From an uncultured Candidatus Rokubacteria bacterium (GTDB taxonomy: Bacteria; Methylomirabilota; Methylomirabilia; Rokubacteriales; CSP1-6), in NCBI GenBank assembly GCA_963754315.1, contig CAVWFS010000018.1, positions 320,001 to 384,000 of the forward strand: 64,000 nucleotides of DNA. The letters are read 5' to 3'. The translations under genes were made by a program, and so were the position numbers. The notes below the pieces were generated by a model, which saw only the letters and a list, made by a program, of their open reading frames with translations, was not told the DNA's origin and ran no database searches. Positions 10,357 through 18,902 of this stretch are shown piece by piece (positions within the stretch are counted from its first letter, which is position 1; every line of letters starts with the position of its first letter).

Positions 10357-11115
10357 GTGTTCGATCTCAAGGGCAGAGTAGCAGTGGTGACGGGCGGCAA
10401 CGGGGGGATCGGGCTCGGCATGGCGCGGGGCCTCGTCAGCGCGGGCGCCCAGGTGGCGGTCGTGGGACGAAACGAAGAGAAGTCCAAGGCGGCGGTCAAG
10501 GATCTCGAGCAGCGTGGCGGCCAGGCCTTCGCGCTCACCGTCGACGTGACGGACGAGGCGGCTGTCGGAAGAATGGTCGACGCGATCGTGCAGCGTTGCG
10601 GCCGGCTCGACATCCTGATCAACAATGCCGGCACCAACATCCGGAAGCCGCCCCACGAGCTGACCCTGGCGGAGTGGCACCTCGTCCTCGATACCAATCT
10701 CACGAGCGCCTTTCTGTGCTCCCGGGCGGCCTATCCCGTGATGAAGCGCGAAGGCGGCGGCAAGATCATCAACATCGGCTCGATGATGTCGATCTTCGGC
10801 GCTTCCTTCGCTCCGGTGTACGCCGCCAGCAAGGGCGGTATTGTGCAGCTGACGAAGGCGTCCGCCGTGGCGTGGGCCCGTGACAACATCCAGGTCAATG
10901 CTGTGCTGCCCGGTTGGATCGATACGGAGCTGACGCAGCGGGCACGGTTGGAGGTGGCTGGCCTGCACGAGAGCGTGCTGCGTCGGACACCGGTAGGCCG
11001 CTGGGGTACCTGGGACGACTGCGCCGGCATCGCCGTGTTTCTGGCGGCCCCCGCCTCGGACTTCGTGACCGGTACCGCGATTCCACTCGACGGCGGGTAC
11101 TCGATCCAGGCCTGA
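10357..11115 (+). CDS. Short-chain dehydrogenase/reductase (KduD/gluconate 5-dehydrogenase-like)
   Basis: TGGNGGIG, NNAG, YAASK, PGWIDT. GTG start follows AGGAGG. Confidence 0.9.
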   Translation: MFDLKGRVAVVTGGNGGIGLGMARGLVSAGAQVAVVGRNEEKSKAAVKDLEQRGGQAFALTVDVTDEAAVGRMVDAIVQRCGRLDILINNAGTNIRKPPHELTLAEWHLVLDTNLTSAFLCSRAAYPVMKREGGGKIINIGSMMSIFGASFAPVYAASKGGIVQLTKASAVAWARDNIQVNAVLPGWIDTELTQRARLEVAGLHESVLRRTPVGRWGTWDDCAGIAVFLAAPASDFVTGTAIPLDGGYSIQA

Positions 11116-11177
11116 GCGCAGATTTCCCTGCCCAATTTTCTTGGGTTCCGCTCGGCGTGCTTGCTAGGCTGCCAGCC

Positions 11178-11747
11178 ATGAAAACACATCAGTGCGCCAT
11201 CGGAGTGTTCGCTCTGCTTCTCGCGACCGGATGTGCCTCCACGGCGTCGAAGCCGGCGTACACGGCCTTCGAGGGGCTTCCGATCCCCAAAGGGCTCGAG
11301 TACCAGGCCGCCGATTCGACGATCATCGAGACCCACGACATCAAGGCGGGTCGCGTCATCTACCGTGGGCGGATCGAGCCGGCGAGCCTCGCTCAATCCA
11401 TGCGGTCGACGTTCGAGGCGGATGGGTGGAGGCTGATTGGCAGCACATTGAGCGCCCAGTCCGGCTCGACCCAGCTCTACGAGAAGTCCGGTATGTCCCT
11501 GCAGGTGCGGATCTGGGAGGGGGGAGCCTTCTCCTGGTACACCTACGTCGAGCTGGCGGCCATCGAGATGACCGCGAGCCGACCGACATCGAGGTACGTC
11601 CCCGTGCCTGCCCCTGAGGCGATTCCCAGGATCGTGCCGGCCCCCGCGGTGACACCCGTGCCCAGCGTGGCGCCCGCTCCCAGTCCGCCGCCCATGCCTA
11701 GCGCGTCAGCGGAGCCGGTGACGCCCCCTATCACGGTCACGCGCTAG
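11178..11747 (+). CDS. Hypothetical lipoprotein with Pro/Ala-rich C-terminal tail
   Basis: MKTHQ...ALLLATGC lipobox-like signal. Extended -10 TGCTAGGCT ends 7 nt before the ATG. Confidence 0.7.
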   Translation: MKTHQCAIGVFALLLATGCASTASKPAYTAFEGLPIPKGLEYQAADSTIIETHDIKAGRVIYRGRIEPASLAQSMRSTFEADGWRLIGSTLSAQSGSTQLYEKSGMSLQVRIWEGGAFSWYTYVELAAIEMTASRPTSRYVPVPAPEAIPRIVPAPAVTPVPSVAPAPSPPPMPSASAEPVTPPITVTR

Positions 11748-12520
11748 GGCAGACCCGGGCCGGCTGCGTCAGGGCGCCGCGACTCTAGACTGTTGGCGGC
11801 GGCCCGGTCGAGCAACCAGTCCACGGTTCCCTCGACCGGGCTTATCATCCGCGCTGGCACCCGCGTGCCGTCCTGGAGAACAGCCCGGATCGCTCTGGCC
11901 TTCTCCGAGCCCGATGCCAGGAACATGACCCGTCGGGCCGCGTTGAGGACCGGCAGGGTCATGGTGAGACGAGCGGGAATCGTGGCTGCAGCGGCATGGA
12001 CGGAGACCACCCACCGGATCGTTTCCTTGAGGGCAGCGGAATAGGGAAACAGCGACGCAGTGTGACCATCCACGCCGACCCCGAGCAGAACCATATCGAA
12101 GCGCGGCACCTCGCCGCGCTTGGTGCCGAATACCCGCCGCATGGCCTCGGCGTACTGCGTAGCGGCGGCTTCCTGATCCTCAGCCTCTCCCCGCATGCGA
12201 AAGACCTGGGCGAGGGGCAGGGGTACGAGTGAGAGCAAGGTCTGATGGGCCATCCGGTAGTTCGACTCGGCATCCTCCGGGGGAACCGCACGCTCGTCTC
12301 CGAAGAAGACCCAGGTACAGGCCCAGGGCATGACATCGCGTAACGGCGGCCTGGCAAGCTGACCATAGGTGTCCCGAGGGGTTGCGCCGCCGGCGAGGGC
12401 AACCAGAAAGCGACCGCGGGCGGCCACCGCCTCGACGGCGGTTTGGACGATCAGCCTGGCCGCCGCCTGGGCCAAGGTCGACGCATCATCGAGCACGGTG
12501 ACGTTTGGTAATCCCGCCAC
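11744..12520 (-). CDS. pgl: 6-phosphogluconolactonase
   Basis: ALAGGATP, FFGDERAVP, SNY, LLGVGVDGHTASLFP, RLTMT. The GTG start is approximate. Confidence 0.92.
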   Translation of the reverse strand: MAGLPNVTVLDDASTLAQAAARLIVQTAVEAVAARGRFLVALAGGATPRDTYGQLARPPLRDVMPWACTWVFFGDERAVPPEDAESNYRMAHQTLLSLVPLPLAQVFRMRGEAEDQEAAATQYAEAMRRVFGTKRGEVPRFDMVLLGVGVDGHTASLFPYSAALKETIRWVVSVHAAAATIPARLTMTLPVLNAARRVMFLASGSEKARAIRAVLQDGTRVPARMISPVEGTVDWLLDRAAANSLESRRPDAAGPGLP

Positions 12521-12527
12521 GCTCAGA

Positions 12528-13964
12528 TCATACCCTCTCGTCGAGCTCGCGCTGTCGCGTACGAGCTTCGCGATAGCGCGCGTGCCGCGCGAGGTCGGGC
12601 ACGACCGTCGCACCCGACAGGGGCGTTGTCGATGAGGCGGGGCGACCGAGCGACTCCAGCGCTAGCAACGCGCCTCCTCGGCTTGTCGCCTCCTCTTCGT
12701 CAGAGACTATCAGGGGCCGTCCCAGCGCATCCGCGATGATCTGCGTCCAGGCGCGCGACCGGACAAGCGCCCGACCTGAGCCGACGATCGTGTGGTCGGC
12801 AGACGCCAGAGGAGTCAGGAGGTCGTACACGATGGCCAGCCGTAGGGCGACGGCTTCGAGGCCCGCGCGAACGATCTCGATCGCGCTCGTGGCCAAGGAG
12901 AGCCCGGCCACGGTTGCCCGTCGCTCGCTTCGCCATCCCGGTGAACGCTCACCGGCGAGGAAGGGGAGCATGGTGAGGCCATGAGCGTCAGGCTTTTGAC
13001 GCATCAGGGCTGCCTCGAGCTGGTCATCGTCGGGAAGTTGCAGAATGCTCCGCAGCCAGGCGTAGACGTTGCCCCCTTCCGACGTTGCGCCGCCCAGGAG
13101 GAGGCGCTGCCGGTCGAGACGGTATTGCCAGAGCCCGCGCGGCGGCGGCAGCGGCGCATCGGTGACCACACGCAGGGCCGCTGACGTGCCGACATTCAAG
13201 GCCACACGCTTGTTGTCGATGCAGTTGGACCCGATGTTGCTTCCCGCGCCATCGCCCACAGCGGGAAACCAGCTGGCGGCGGCGAGCGGTGGCCAGCGAT
13301 GCCTCCAGACAGAGCGCAGGCCGTGTCGGGCCTGGTCACGGTCGCACAGAGGGAAGAGCCTTTCCTCATCGGTCCCGGCGGCCGCAAGGATCGCGGGGTC
13401 CCAGGCCAGCCGACTCTGATCGAAGAGCCCAGTTCCGGACGCCATGGACAAGCTGGTGGCCGCCTCTCCAAAGAAGGTCAGCTCCAGATACTCGCCGATC
13501 GAGCCCCACCGGATGACTCGACGAAAATCGGCGGAGCGTGCCTCACGAAGCCAGCGGAGCTTTGCAGGCCAGTAGCAGGGATGAAGGTGGCACCCAGTGC
13601 GAGTGTGGACGGCCTCGTCCCCAAGGGCTTCCTGAAGCTCGCGAGCCGCCTCGACTGCACGCGTATCGGCCCAGGTAAACACGGGCGTGACCGGCTGACC
13701 GGCAACGTCAAAACCGAGGAGGCCGTGCCAGAAGGTCGTGACGGCGACCCCAAGGATCGGTGAACGAGGCGAAGAGCCGAGGATGTTGTCAAGACATGTC
13801 ACCACGGCCGCGAGGAGATGACGAGCGTCATGCTCCGAGCCACCATCGGCGGTGGTGGTCGCCTGGTAAGCCTCATGATGAAAGGCCCTTGCCACCGGAC
13901 GCCCATCGGTGTCGTAGAGAGAGGCGCGGGCCGAGGACGTACCAACGTCGAGGCTCACGATCAT
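12528..13964 (-). CDS. gntK: Gluconokinase, FGGY carbohydrate kinase family
   Basis: LDVGTSSARA, TWADTRA, SMASGTGLF, GDGAGSNIG, GTSAALR, PFLAGERSPGW. Adjacent to pgl. Confidence 0.8.
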   Translation of the reverse strand: MIVSLDVGTSSARASLYDTDGRPVARAFHHEAYQATTTADGGSEHDARHLLAAVVTCLDNILGSSPRSPILGVAVTTFWHGLLGFDVAGQPVTPVFTWADTRAVEAARELQEALGDEAVHTRTGCHLHPCYWPAKLRWLREARSADFRRVIRWGSIGEYLELTFFGEAATSLSMASGTGLFDQSRLAWDPAILAAAGTDEERLFPLCDRDQARHGLRSVWRHRWPPLAAASWFPAVGDGAGSNIGSNCIDNKRVALNVGTSAALRVVTDAPLPPPRGLWQYRLDRQRLLLGGATSEGGNVYAWLRSILQLPDDDQLEAALMRQKPDAHGLTMLPFLAGERSPGWRSERRATVAGLSLATSAIEIVRAGLEAVALRLAIVYDLLTPLASADHTIVGSGRALVRSRAWTQIIADALGRPLIVSDEEEATSRGGALLALESLGRPASSTTPLSGATVVPDLARHARYREARTRQRELDERV

Positions 13965-14093
13965 CGGATCATCCTCCGGGAAGTCTGGCGCCAAGGCAAC
14001 TCGCCCCCCGCCATCGACCGTGCGGTAAGATGGCGGCACTGTCGCAGGGCATGCGGGCTTCGCTTCGGCGGCCCCATCTGAAAGGACACGGAT

Positions 14094-14627
14094 ATGACGC
14101 GCATTCGAGTGATGAGCCCGATGGGCGAGGTCAAGGAGGAGCGTTTCTCCGTCCCATCCTTGCCGGGTGACTGGCAGGGTCGAGTCGTCGGCTTCATCGA
14201 CAACACCAAGCACAACTTCGACAGGCTCGCCGACGGGCTGGGCACCCTGCTGCGCGAAGGCCACGGTGTCCGTACGGTTGTCCGTCGAAGGAAGGCCAAT
14301 GCCTCCACACCGGCGCCGCCGGAGCTGATTGCCGAGCTGGCCAAGGAGTGCGACGTCGTCTTTACCGGCTCGGCTGACTGAGGGTCCTGCACGTCGTGGA
14401 GTCTCCACGACGCTATCGAGGTCGCCAAGCTTGGAACGCCGGCGGTCCTCATCGGAACGACAGCCTTCCAAGGCCTCGCGGTGACCGAGATGAGCTCGCT
14501 GGGAGTAACGGGGCTACCCCTGCTCGTCATTCAGCATCCGCTCGGGGGTGAGCGTCCGGAGTCCGTCGCGCGCCGGGCGCAGCAGGCGCTCGAGCAACTC
14601 ATGAGCCTCGGTGGATCTGGTCGATGA
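14094..14627 (+). CDS. UGSC-family selenoprotein (Sec at UGA 14379-14381), 177 aa
   Basis: The 95-aa ORF ends ...FTGSAD-TGA, but the frame continues GSCTSWSLHDAIEVAKLGTPAV...HPLGG...QALEQL to TGA 14625-14627, which overlaps the next ATG. This gives a UxxC motif, and a hairpin follows the UGA. Confidence 0.88.
14392..14412 (+). promoter_or_regulatory. Bacterial SECIS-like hairpin
   Basis: CGTCGTGGAG-T-CTCCACGACG perfect inverted repeat begins 10 nt after the UGA. The apical loop would be AGUCU, with a GU as in SelB-binding loops. Confidence 0.75.
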
Positions 14628-15655
14628 CGTCCGAATCGATCATCGACGTCGACGACGACCCCCAGGCCATCCTCGCCGAGTTCAGCGAACGTCGCTGGTG
14701 TGATGGCCTGCCCATCGTGCCGCCCACCGAAGAGCGCGTCCGGATCATGTTGGCCGGCGCCAACCCCGAGCGGTCGCTGGGTGCCATGCCTCCCCTGTGG
14801 CGCCAGGCCACGCTCGGAAAGCTGGCCGTCAACGCGGTCATGGCGGGCTGTGAGTCGAGCTACTTTCCCATCATCGTAGCCGCGGTCGACGCCATGCTCG
14901 ACCCCGCATTCAATCTCTACGGGGTTCAGGCGACCACTCACCCTGTGGCACCGCTGGTCGTGGTGCATGGCGACTACGGGCGCTCCATCGGCATCCACGC
15001 GGGGAGCGGATGCTTTGGGCCCGGCTTTCGCGCCAACGCGACCATCGGGCGCGCGATTCGCCTGATCCTGCTGAACATCGGCGGCGCGTGGCCGGGACGC
15101 TACGACATGGCCACCCAGGGGAGTCCCGCGAAGTTCTCCTACTGTATCGGTGAAAACGCGGACGCTTCGCCCTGGGGTCCGCTCCAGGCCGGGAATATTG
15201 TCACCGTGTTCGGCGGTGAGCCCCCGCACAATGTCAACGACCACGTGTCAACCAGCGCCAGCGGAATCCTTACCACGGTGGCCGACACCGCGGTCTCCCT
15301 TGGTTCGAACGTCGGATGGTTCATGTCGCAGAGTCAGCTCATGCTCGTCCTCGGTCCCGAGCACGCAGCCACCATCGCTGGCGACGGCCTGTCCCGGAGC
15401 GACGTGCAGCAGTTTCTTTTCGAGCACGCGCGCCTGCCGCTGCGGCTCCTGAAGCTCTGCGGCATGTGGGGCATGCACGACTGGCCCGCCTGGATGATGG
15501 CGACCCTCGACGAGGACGCCCTCATGCCGCAGGTGCTGAGTGCGGACGAGATCCTGGTCATGGTCGCCGGGGGTCCGGGGAAGCACTCGGCAGTCGTTCC
15601 CAACTGCACATTCAGTCGCGCCGTGACTCGTCCAATTCGAGGGGAGCGTGTATGA
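14624..15655 (+). CDS. Conserved hypothetical protein (DGLP-x-VPPT family, typical neighbour of UGSC proteins)
   Basis: DGLPIVPPTEERV, AVNAVMAGC, RANATIGRA, GEN..SPW, VAGGPG. Coupled by ATGA overlaps on both sides. Confidence 0.8.
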   Translation: MTSESIIDVDDDPQAILAEFSERRWCDGLPIVPPTEERVRIMLAGANPERSLGAMPPLWRQATLGKLAVNAVMAGCESSYFPIIVAAVDAMLDPAFNLYGVQATTHPVAPLVVVHGDYGRSIGIHAGSGCFGPGFRANATIGRAIRLILLNIGGAWPGRYDMATQGSPAKFSYCIGENADASPWGPLQAGNIVTVFGGEPPHNVNDHVSTSASGILTTVADTAVSLGSNVGWFMSQSQLMLVLGPEHAATIAGDGLSRSDVQQFLFEHARLPLRLLKLCGMWGMHDWPAWMMATLDEDALMPQVLSADEILVMVAGGPGKHSAVVPNCTFSRAVTRPIRGERV

Positions 15656-16554
15656 GGATCGCATTCGTCGGGACTGGCACCATGGGCGGGCCGATGCTCG
15701 GCAACCTCGTGAAGAAGGGCCATCGGGTCGTGGCCTACGACGTCGCCCCCACCGCCCTGGCGACCGCCGTGAAGCTCGGGGCGACGGGTACGGGCTCGGC
15801 CGCGGAGGCGACCACTCAAGCCGACGTTGTCATCACCATGCTGCCGTCGTCGTCCCACGTCGTCTCTGCCTTTCTGGGCGATGGTGGGGTGCTGGCCGGC
15901 GTGCGCTCCGGCCAGCTTTGTGTCGACATGTCGACCATCGATCCCAGCACGTCACGAATGATAGCGGGCAAGGTCCGCGAGCGCGGCGCGCGGTTCATCG
16001 ATGCCCCCGTCTCCGGCGGTGTCCCCCGCGCGGAGGAAGGGACCTTGGCCATCATGGTCGGCGGCGAAGCAGAGGACGTCGAAGCGGCACGGCCCGTCCT
16101 CGCCTGCATGGGTGCCAACATCTTTCACGTGGGCCCGGTGGGAAGCGGCGAGGTGGCCAAGCTCTGCAACAACCTGATCGCCGGCGTGGCCGCGGTGGCG
16201 GTGAGCGAGGCGTTCCGCATTGCCGAGGGTTTCGGGGTCGACGCTGGCATCCTCACCGACGTCATCGCCAAGTCGTCCGGCAACACATGGGTGATGGAGG
16301 CCATGCATCCCGTGCCCGGCCTCGTGGCCAAGGCGGCCTCCACGCGAGACTATGCCCCGGGCTTCATGACGGACCTCATGGCCAAGGACCTGGGCCTCGC
16401 CGTCAACGCCGCCCGTGAGTTGCGGGTTCCCGTGATGGTGGCGCCAGCTGCCCAGCAGGCCCTGCGCCTGGCCTCGTCGCACGGCTGGGGCCGCAAGGAT
16501 TTCACCTCGATCTATCAGTTCCTCAGGCCCTCCAGCGACCAGGCGCCCGTCTGA
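15652..16554 (+). CDS. mmsB: 3-hydroxyisobutyrate dehydrogenase family (beta-hydroxyacid dehydrogenase)
   Basis: FVGTGTMGGPM, ITMLP, DAPVSGG, AKLCNN, YAPGFMTDLMAKDLGLA. Confidence 0.8.
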   Translation: MRIAFVGTGTMGGPMLGNLVKKGHRVVAYDVAPTALATAVKLGATGTGSAAEATTQADVVITMLPSSSHVVSAFLGDGGVLAGVRSGQLCVDMSTIDPSTSRMIAGKVRERGARFIDAPVSGGVPRAEEGTLAIMVGGEAEDVEAARPVLACMGANIFHVGPVGSGEVAKLCNNLIAGVAAVAVSEAFRIAEGFGVDAGILTDVIAKSSGNTWVMEAMHPVPGLVAKAASTRDYAPGFMTDLMAKDLGLAVNAARELRVPVMVAPAAQQALRLASSHGWGRKDFTSIYQFLRPSSDQAPV

Positions 16555-16556
16555 CG

Positions 16557-17996
16557 GTGCGCACGCTCATCGCGGCCCGCCATATCGTCGGCTACCAGGG
16601 CGGGGGCCACCGTCTCCTCAACAACGGTGAGGTCGTGGTGGAGGATGACCGCATCGTCTACGTGGGGCCGCGCTACGAGGGAACGGTCGACCTGCGAATC
16701 GACGCGCGCGACAAGCTCCTGATTCCAGGGTTCATCACCGTCCACAGCCATGTGACCAACAGCCCCCTCACCAAGAGTTTTCTCGAAGATTGCGGCAACC
16801 CCTTTCATTACATGTCCGGGCTCTACGAATACCTGGCGGTGACCGAAACCACTCCCGCCGATGGCGTCATCGCCGCCACATTTTCCCTGGTGGAGATGCT
16901 GAAGTCCGGGATAACCACCGTCGTGCAGTTCGGGAGCCTCATCGCCGAGCGCATCGTGCACATCGCGGGAGAGCTGGGCGTGCGCGCCTACGTGGTGCCC
17001 GCGTTCAAATCAGGGCAGTGGTATACCCCCGACGGTCGGCGGGTGGAGTATGAGTGGGCCGCCGATCAAGGTCTGCCCGATCTCGAGCGGGCAGTGGAAT
17101 TCGTGAAAACCCACACGGGGGCGCACGACGGGCGCGTTCGCAGCTTTCTCGGACCTGCGCAGATCGACACGTGCACGCCGGAGTTGCTCCGGCGCACCGC
17201 AGAAAGGGCCGCGACCCTGGATGTCCCCGTGACCATCCATGCCTCGCAGGCAACCATTGAGTTCCAGGAGATTACCCGGCGCTACGGTCGAACGCCCCTC
17301 GAGCAGCTCCACGAGGTCGGACTCCTTGATCGGCGGCTCATCATCGCCCACTGCATCTTCATCAGCGGCCACCCCCTCGTGGCCTTCCCGGGCGGGCGGG
17401 ATCTTGAGCTGCTGGCGGCGTCCGGGGCCCACGTGGCCCACTGCCCGTGGGTCTTCGGTCGGCGCGGGATCCTCATGCAGTCCTATGCGCGCTACCGCCG
17501 AGCCGGCATCAACGTCGCGCTCGGCACCGACACCTTTCCCCAGGATATGGTCCATGAGATGCGCCAGGCGGCCATCTTCGGCAAGGTCGCGGAGACGGAT
17601 CCCCGGGTGGCGACGGCCGCCGACGTCTTCACATCGGCGACCCTGGGCGGGGCGCGCGCCCTCGGACGTGATGATCTGGGGCGCATCGCGGTGGGTGCCA
17701 AGGCTGATCTGGTCCTCATCGATCTCGAGACCCTGTCGATGGCGCCCCTCCGTGATCCCATCAAGAACCTCGTCTTCAGTGCCAGCCGCAACGACGTCGA
17801 CACGGTCATGGTGGATGGTCGTGTGCTTGTACGGGGCGGCGCCGTGAAGGGTGTGGACGAGCGTCGTCTCGCGCGCGACCTCCAAGGAGCGGCGGAGAGG
17901 ATGTGGGCTCGCGTCGGCGCCACCGACTGGGCGCATCGCTCCGTCGACGAGATATCCGCCCCGTCCTTTCCGCCCTGGCAGCAGAGTGCGGGCTGA
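16557..17996 (+). CDS. Metal-dependent amidohydrolase (AtzA/TrzA/SsnA-like deaminase/chlorohydrolase group)
   Basis: PGFITVHSH, HASQ, AHC, ALGTD, ATLGGARALG, GAKADLV. Confidence 0.88.
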   Translation: MRTLIAARHIVGYQGGGHRLLNNGEVVVEDDRIVYVGPRYEGTVDLRIDARDKLLIPGFITVHSHVTNSPLTKSFLEDCGNPFHYMSGLYEYLAVTETTPADGVIAATFSLVEMLKSGITTVVQFGSLIAERIVHIAGELGVRAYVVPAFKSGQWYTPDGRRVEYEWAADQGLPDLERAVEFVKTHTGAHDGRVRSFLGPAQIDTCTPELLRRTAERAATLDVPVTIHASQATIEFQEITRRYGRTPLEQLHEVGLLDRRLIIAHCIFISGHPLVAFPGGRDLELLAASGAHVAHCPWVFGRRGILMQSYARYRRAGINVALGTDTFPQDMVHEMRQAAIFGKVAETDPRVATAADVFTSATLGGARALGRDDLGRIAVGAKADLVLIDLETLSMAPLRDPIKNLVFSASRNDVDTVMVDGRVLVRGGAVKGVDERRLARDLQGAAERMWARVGATDWAHRSVDEISAPSFPPWQQSAG

Positions 17997-18045
17997 TTGG
18001 TCGTCGTCTTGCGCACGCTGGCTCGCCGGGGGGCCCACGTCAGCG

Positions 18046-18054
18046 TGCTATACT
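18046..18054 (+). promoter_or_regulatory. Extended -10 promoter for the GYD-AOR operon
   Basis: TG-C-TATACT about 50 nt upstream of GTG 18104, with AAGGAGG RBS between. Confidence 0.5.
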
Positions 18055-18103
18055 ACGGCCGCGCGCGAGGCCGTTCGCGCACATCAGGCAAGGAGGCCCC
18101 GCC

Positions 18104-18427
18104 GTGAGTCTGTACGTGATGCTCAGCACGCTTTCGGAATCGGGGCGCAAGGTGCTCCGTGAGCGTCCAGGCTGGATCCGCAAGGTCAACGCTGACGTCG
18201 AGCGGATGGGAGCGCGGGTCGTCGCGCAGTACGCGGTGCTCGGCCCCTACGACTTCATCACCGTGATCGAGGCTCCCGACAATGCGGCCGTCTCGCGTAT
18301 CTCGGTAGAGCTCGGCGCGCGCGGATCGGTGCAGATGATGACCATGGCCGCCATTCCCCTCGACGAGTTCATCGGCCGCCTGGAGGGGACCGGAAGCCGC
18401 CCACTCGCATCACGAAGAAAGCGATGA
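18104..18427 (+). CDS. GYD domain protein
   Basis: YAVLGPYDFITVIEAPD signature. GTG start follows AAGGAGG. Confidence 0.85.
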   Translation: MSLYVMLSTLSESGRKVLRERPGWIRKVNADVERMGARVVAQYAVLGPYDFITVIEAPDNAAVSRISVELGARGSVQMMTMAAIPLDEFIGRLEGTGSRPLASRRKR

Positions 18428-18428
18428 G

Positions 18429-18902
18429 ATGAAGGTTCTCAAGATCGTCCCCGAGCGATGCACGGGCTGCCTGCGCTGCGAGCTGGCCTGCTCCTATATG
18501 CAGACGGGTGAGTACCGTCCGGCCAAGTCCGTCATCCGCGTATCACCCTTCGAAGGGCACACGTCTTACGCACCCTACACCTGCACCCAGTGCGACGAAG
18601 GTTGGTGCATGACGGCCTGCCCGGTGGGCGCGATCACCATCAGCGCGGTGGGAGCCAAGGACGTGGTCGACGATACCTGCGTCGGCTGTAAGCTGTGCAC
18701 GATCGCCTGTCCGTACGGGACCATGTTCTACAATCCCGACACCCGCAAGGCCTTCAAGTGCAACCTGTGCGGAGGCGCTCCCGCGTGTGCGGAGGCCTGC
18801 CCCACCGCCGCCATCCTTTACGAGGAGACGGTCACCGAGGACTGGCTGGGCCGCTTTGCCGACGAGCGATTCGGCCACGCCCTCGCCCTGGAGGGTCGCT
18901 GA
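18429..18902 (+). CDS. 4x[4Fe-4S] ferredoxin-like electron-transfer subunit (DmsB/AorA-like)
   Basis: Four Cys motifs: CTGCLRCELAC, CTQC..WCMTAC, CVGCKLCTIAC, CNLC...CAEAC. Confidence 0.92.
   Translation: MKVLKIVPERCTGCLRCELACSYMQTGEYRPAKSVIRVSPFEGHTSYAPYTCTQCDEGWCMTACPVGAITISAVGAKDVVDDTCVGCKLCTIACPYGTMFYNPDTRKAFKCNLCGGAPACAEACPTAAILYEETVTEDWLGRFADERFGHALALEGR

Noticed and set aside
9877..10968. Long N-terminal extension of the M24 peptidase with a repeated MGALEGAPKPPALG peptide
   Set aside because: This is translation of the DNA repeats and the antisense strand of the SDR. A good RBS and ATG exist at 9876.
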